From Candidatus Dormiibacterota bacterium (GTDB lineage Bacteria > Chloroflexota > Dormibacteria > Aeolococcales > Aeolococcaceae): a stretch of DNA of 64,000 nt. Within the stretch, counting starts at the first letter, position 1, and every line of letters begins with the position of its first letter. The translations under genes and the position numbers were made by a program. Shown here piece by piece: positions 63,744 through 64,000 of this stretch. Location of the stretch: NCBI GenBank assembly GCA_035552595.1, contig DASZKZ010000032.1, forward strand, positions 15,456 through 79,455, in the 5' to 3' direction. A model generated the notes under the pieces. The model saw only the letters and a list, made by a program, of their open reading frames with translations, had not been told where the DNA came from and ran no database searches.

Positions 63744-64000
63744 TCACGTGAGCGAGATGAGCCGGTAGAAGCAGTACACCGCCGGCGCCACCAGCACCAG
63801 GCTGTCGAGGCGATCGAGGAGCCCGCCGTGGCCGGGGATCAGGGTGCTGGAGTTCTTGGCGCCGCCCTGTCGTTTGAGTGCCGACTCGGCCAGGTCTCCC
63901 GCCTGGGCCACGATCGCCACAAGCACCCCCTCCAGGGCGCCCAGCCAGGGCGCGATGCCGAGCAGCAGGCGGCCGAGGATCGCGGCGGCGATCACGGCCG
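63744..64000 (-). CDS. cdsA: Phosphatidate cytidylyltransferase (3' part only)
   Basis: GDLAESALKR..GAKNS..LIPGHGGLLDRLDS; canonical cdsA-dxr-rseP-ispG order. Confidence 0.88.
   Translation of the reverse strand, partial: AVIAAAILGRLLLGIAPWLGALEGVLVAIVAQAGDLAESALKRQGGAKNSSTLIPGHGGLLDRLDSLVLVAPAVYCFYRLISLT

Noticed and set aside
1-64000. CRISPR arrays, IS elements, prophage, rRNA
   Set aside because: No regularly spaced repeats, transposase or integrase motifs, phage structural cluster or rRNA sequence were recognised. The baseplate-like gene is solitary and membrane-anchored.

Overview
A GC-rich (about 70%) core-chromosome segment with almost every gene on the minus strand. Gene content and order suggest a monoderm Terrabacteria lineage such as Chloroflexota or Ca. 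Dormibacterota; this is inference only. Left to right it carries ruvB(partial)-ruvA-ruvC-yebC, mpg, pheT-pheS-rplT-rpmI-infC, a TlyA paralog, thrS, two small Cys-rich ORFs, a GT-C glycosyltransferase, tRNA-Val(GAC), an MFS transporter, rsmA-tatD-metG-rsmI-nadE-nitrilase-dinG, plsC-cmk-rluB-scpB-scpA, recN-nadK-tlyA, xseB-xseA-nusB-asp23-efp, the aro cluster, mltG-ruvX, an FtsA-like gene paired with a baseplate-J-like membrane protein gene, alaS, a SigB/F-type sigma with an RsbW-like partner, 6S RNA, aspS-hisS-rel, a GAF-GGDEF-EAL protein, proS, an Opu-type ABC importer, and ispG-rseP-dxr-cdsA(partial). I found no transposase, integrase, prophage or CRISPR array. The strongest leads are: (1) an FtsA-like ATPase and baseplate-J-like bitopic protein inserted as a coupled pair in the alaS-ruvX-mltG operon; (2) an XseB whose disordered tail ends in the SSB C-terminal motif DDIPF; (3) an unannotated structured RNA of about 330 nt with its own promoter and terminator, in addition to a canonical 6S RNA; (4) a small Zn-finger protein with a clamp-binding-like motif downstream of DnaA-like boxes; (5) a circularly permuted ABC substrate-binding protein; (6) an apparently kinase-dead anti-sigma factor; (7) widespread apparent leaderless gene starts. 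All assignments come from reading motifs by eye. No database search or folding program was run.
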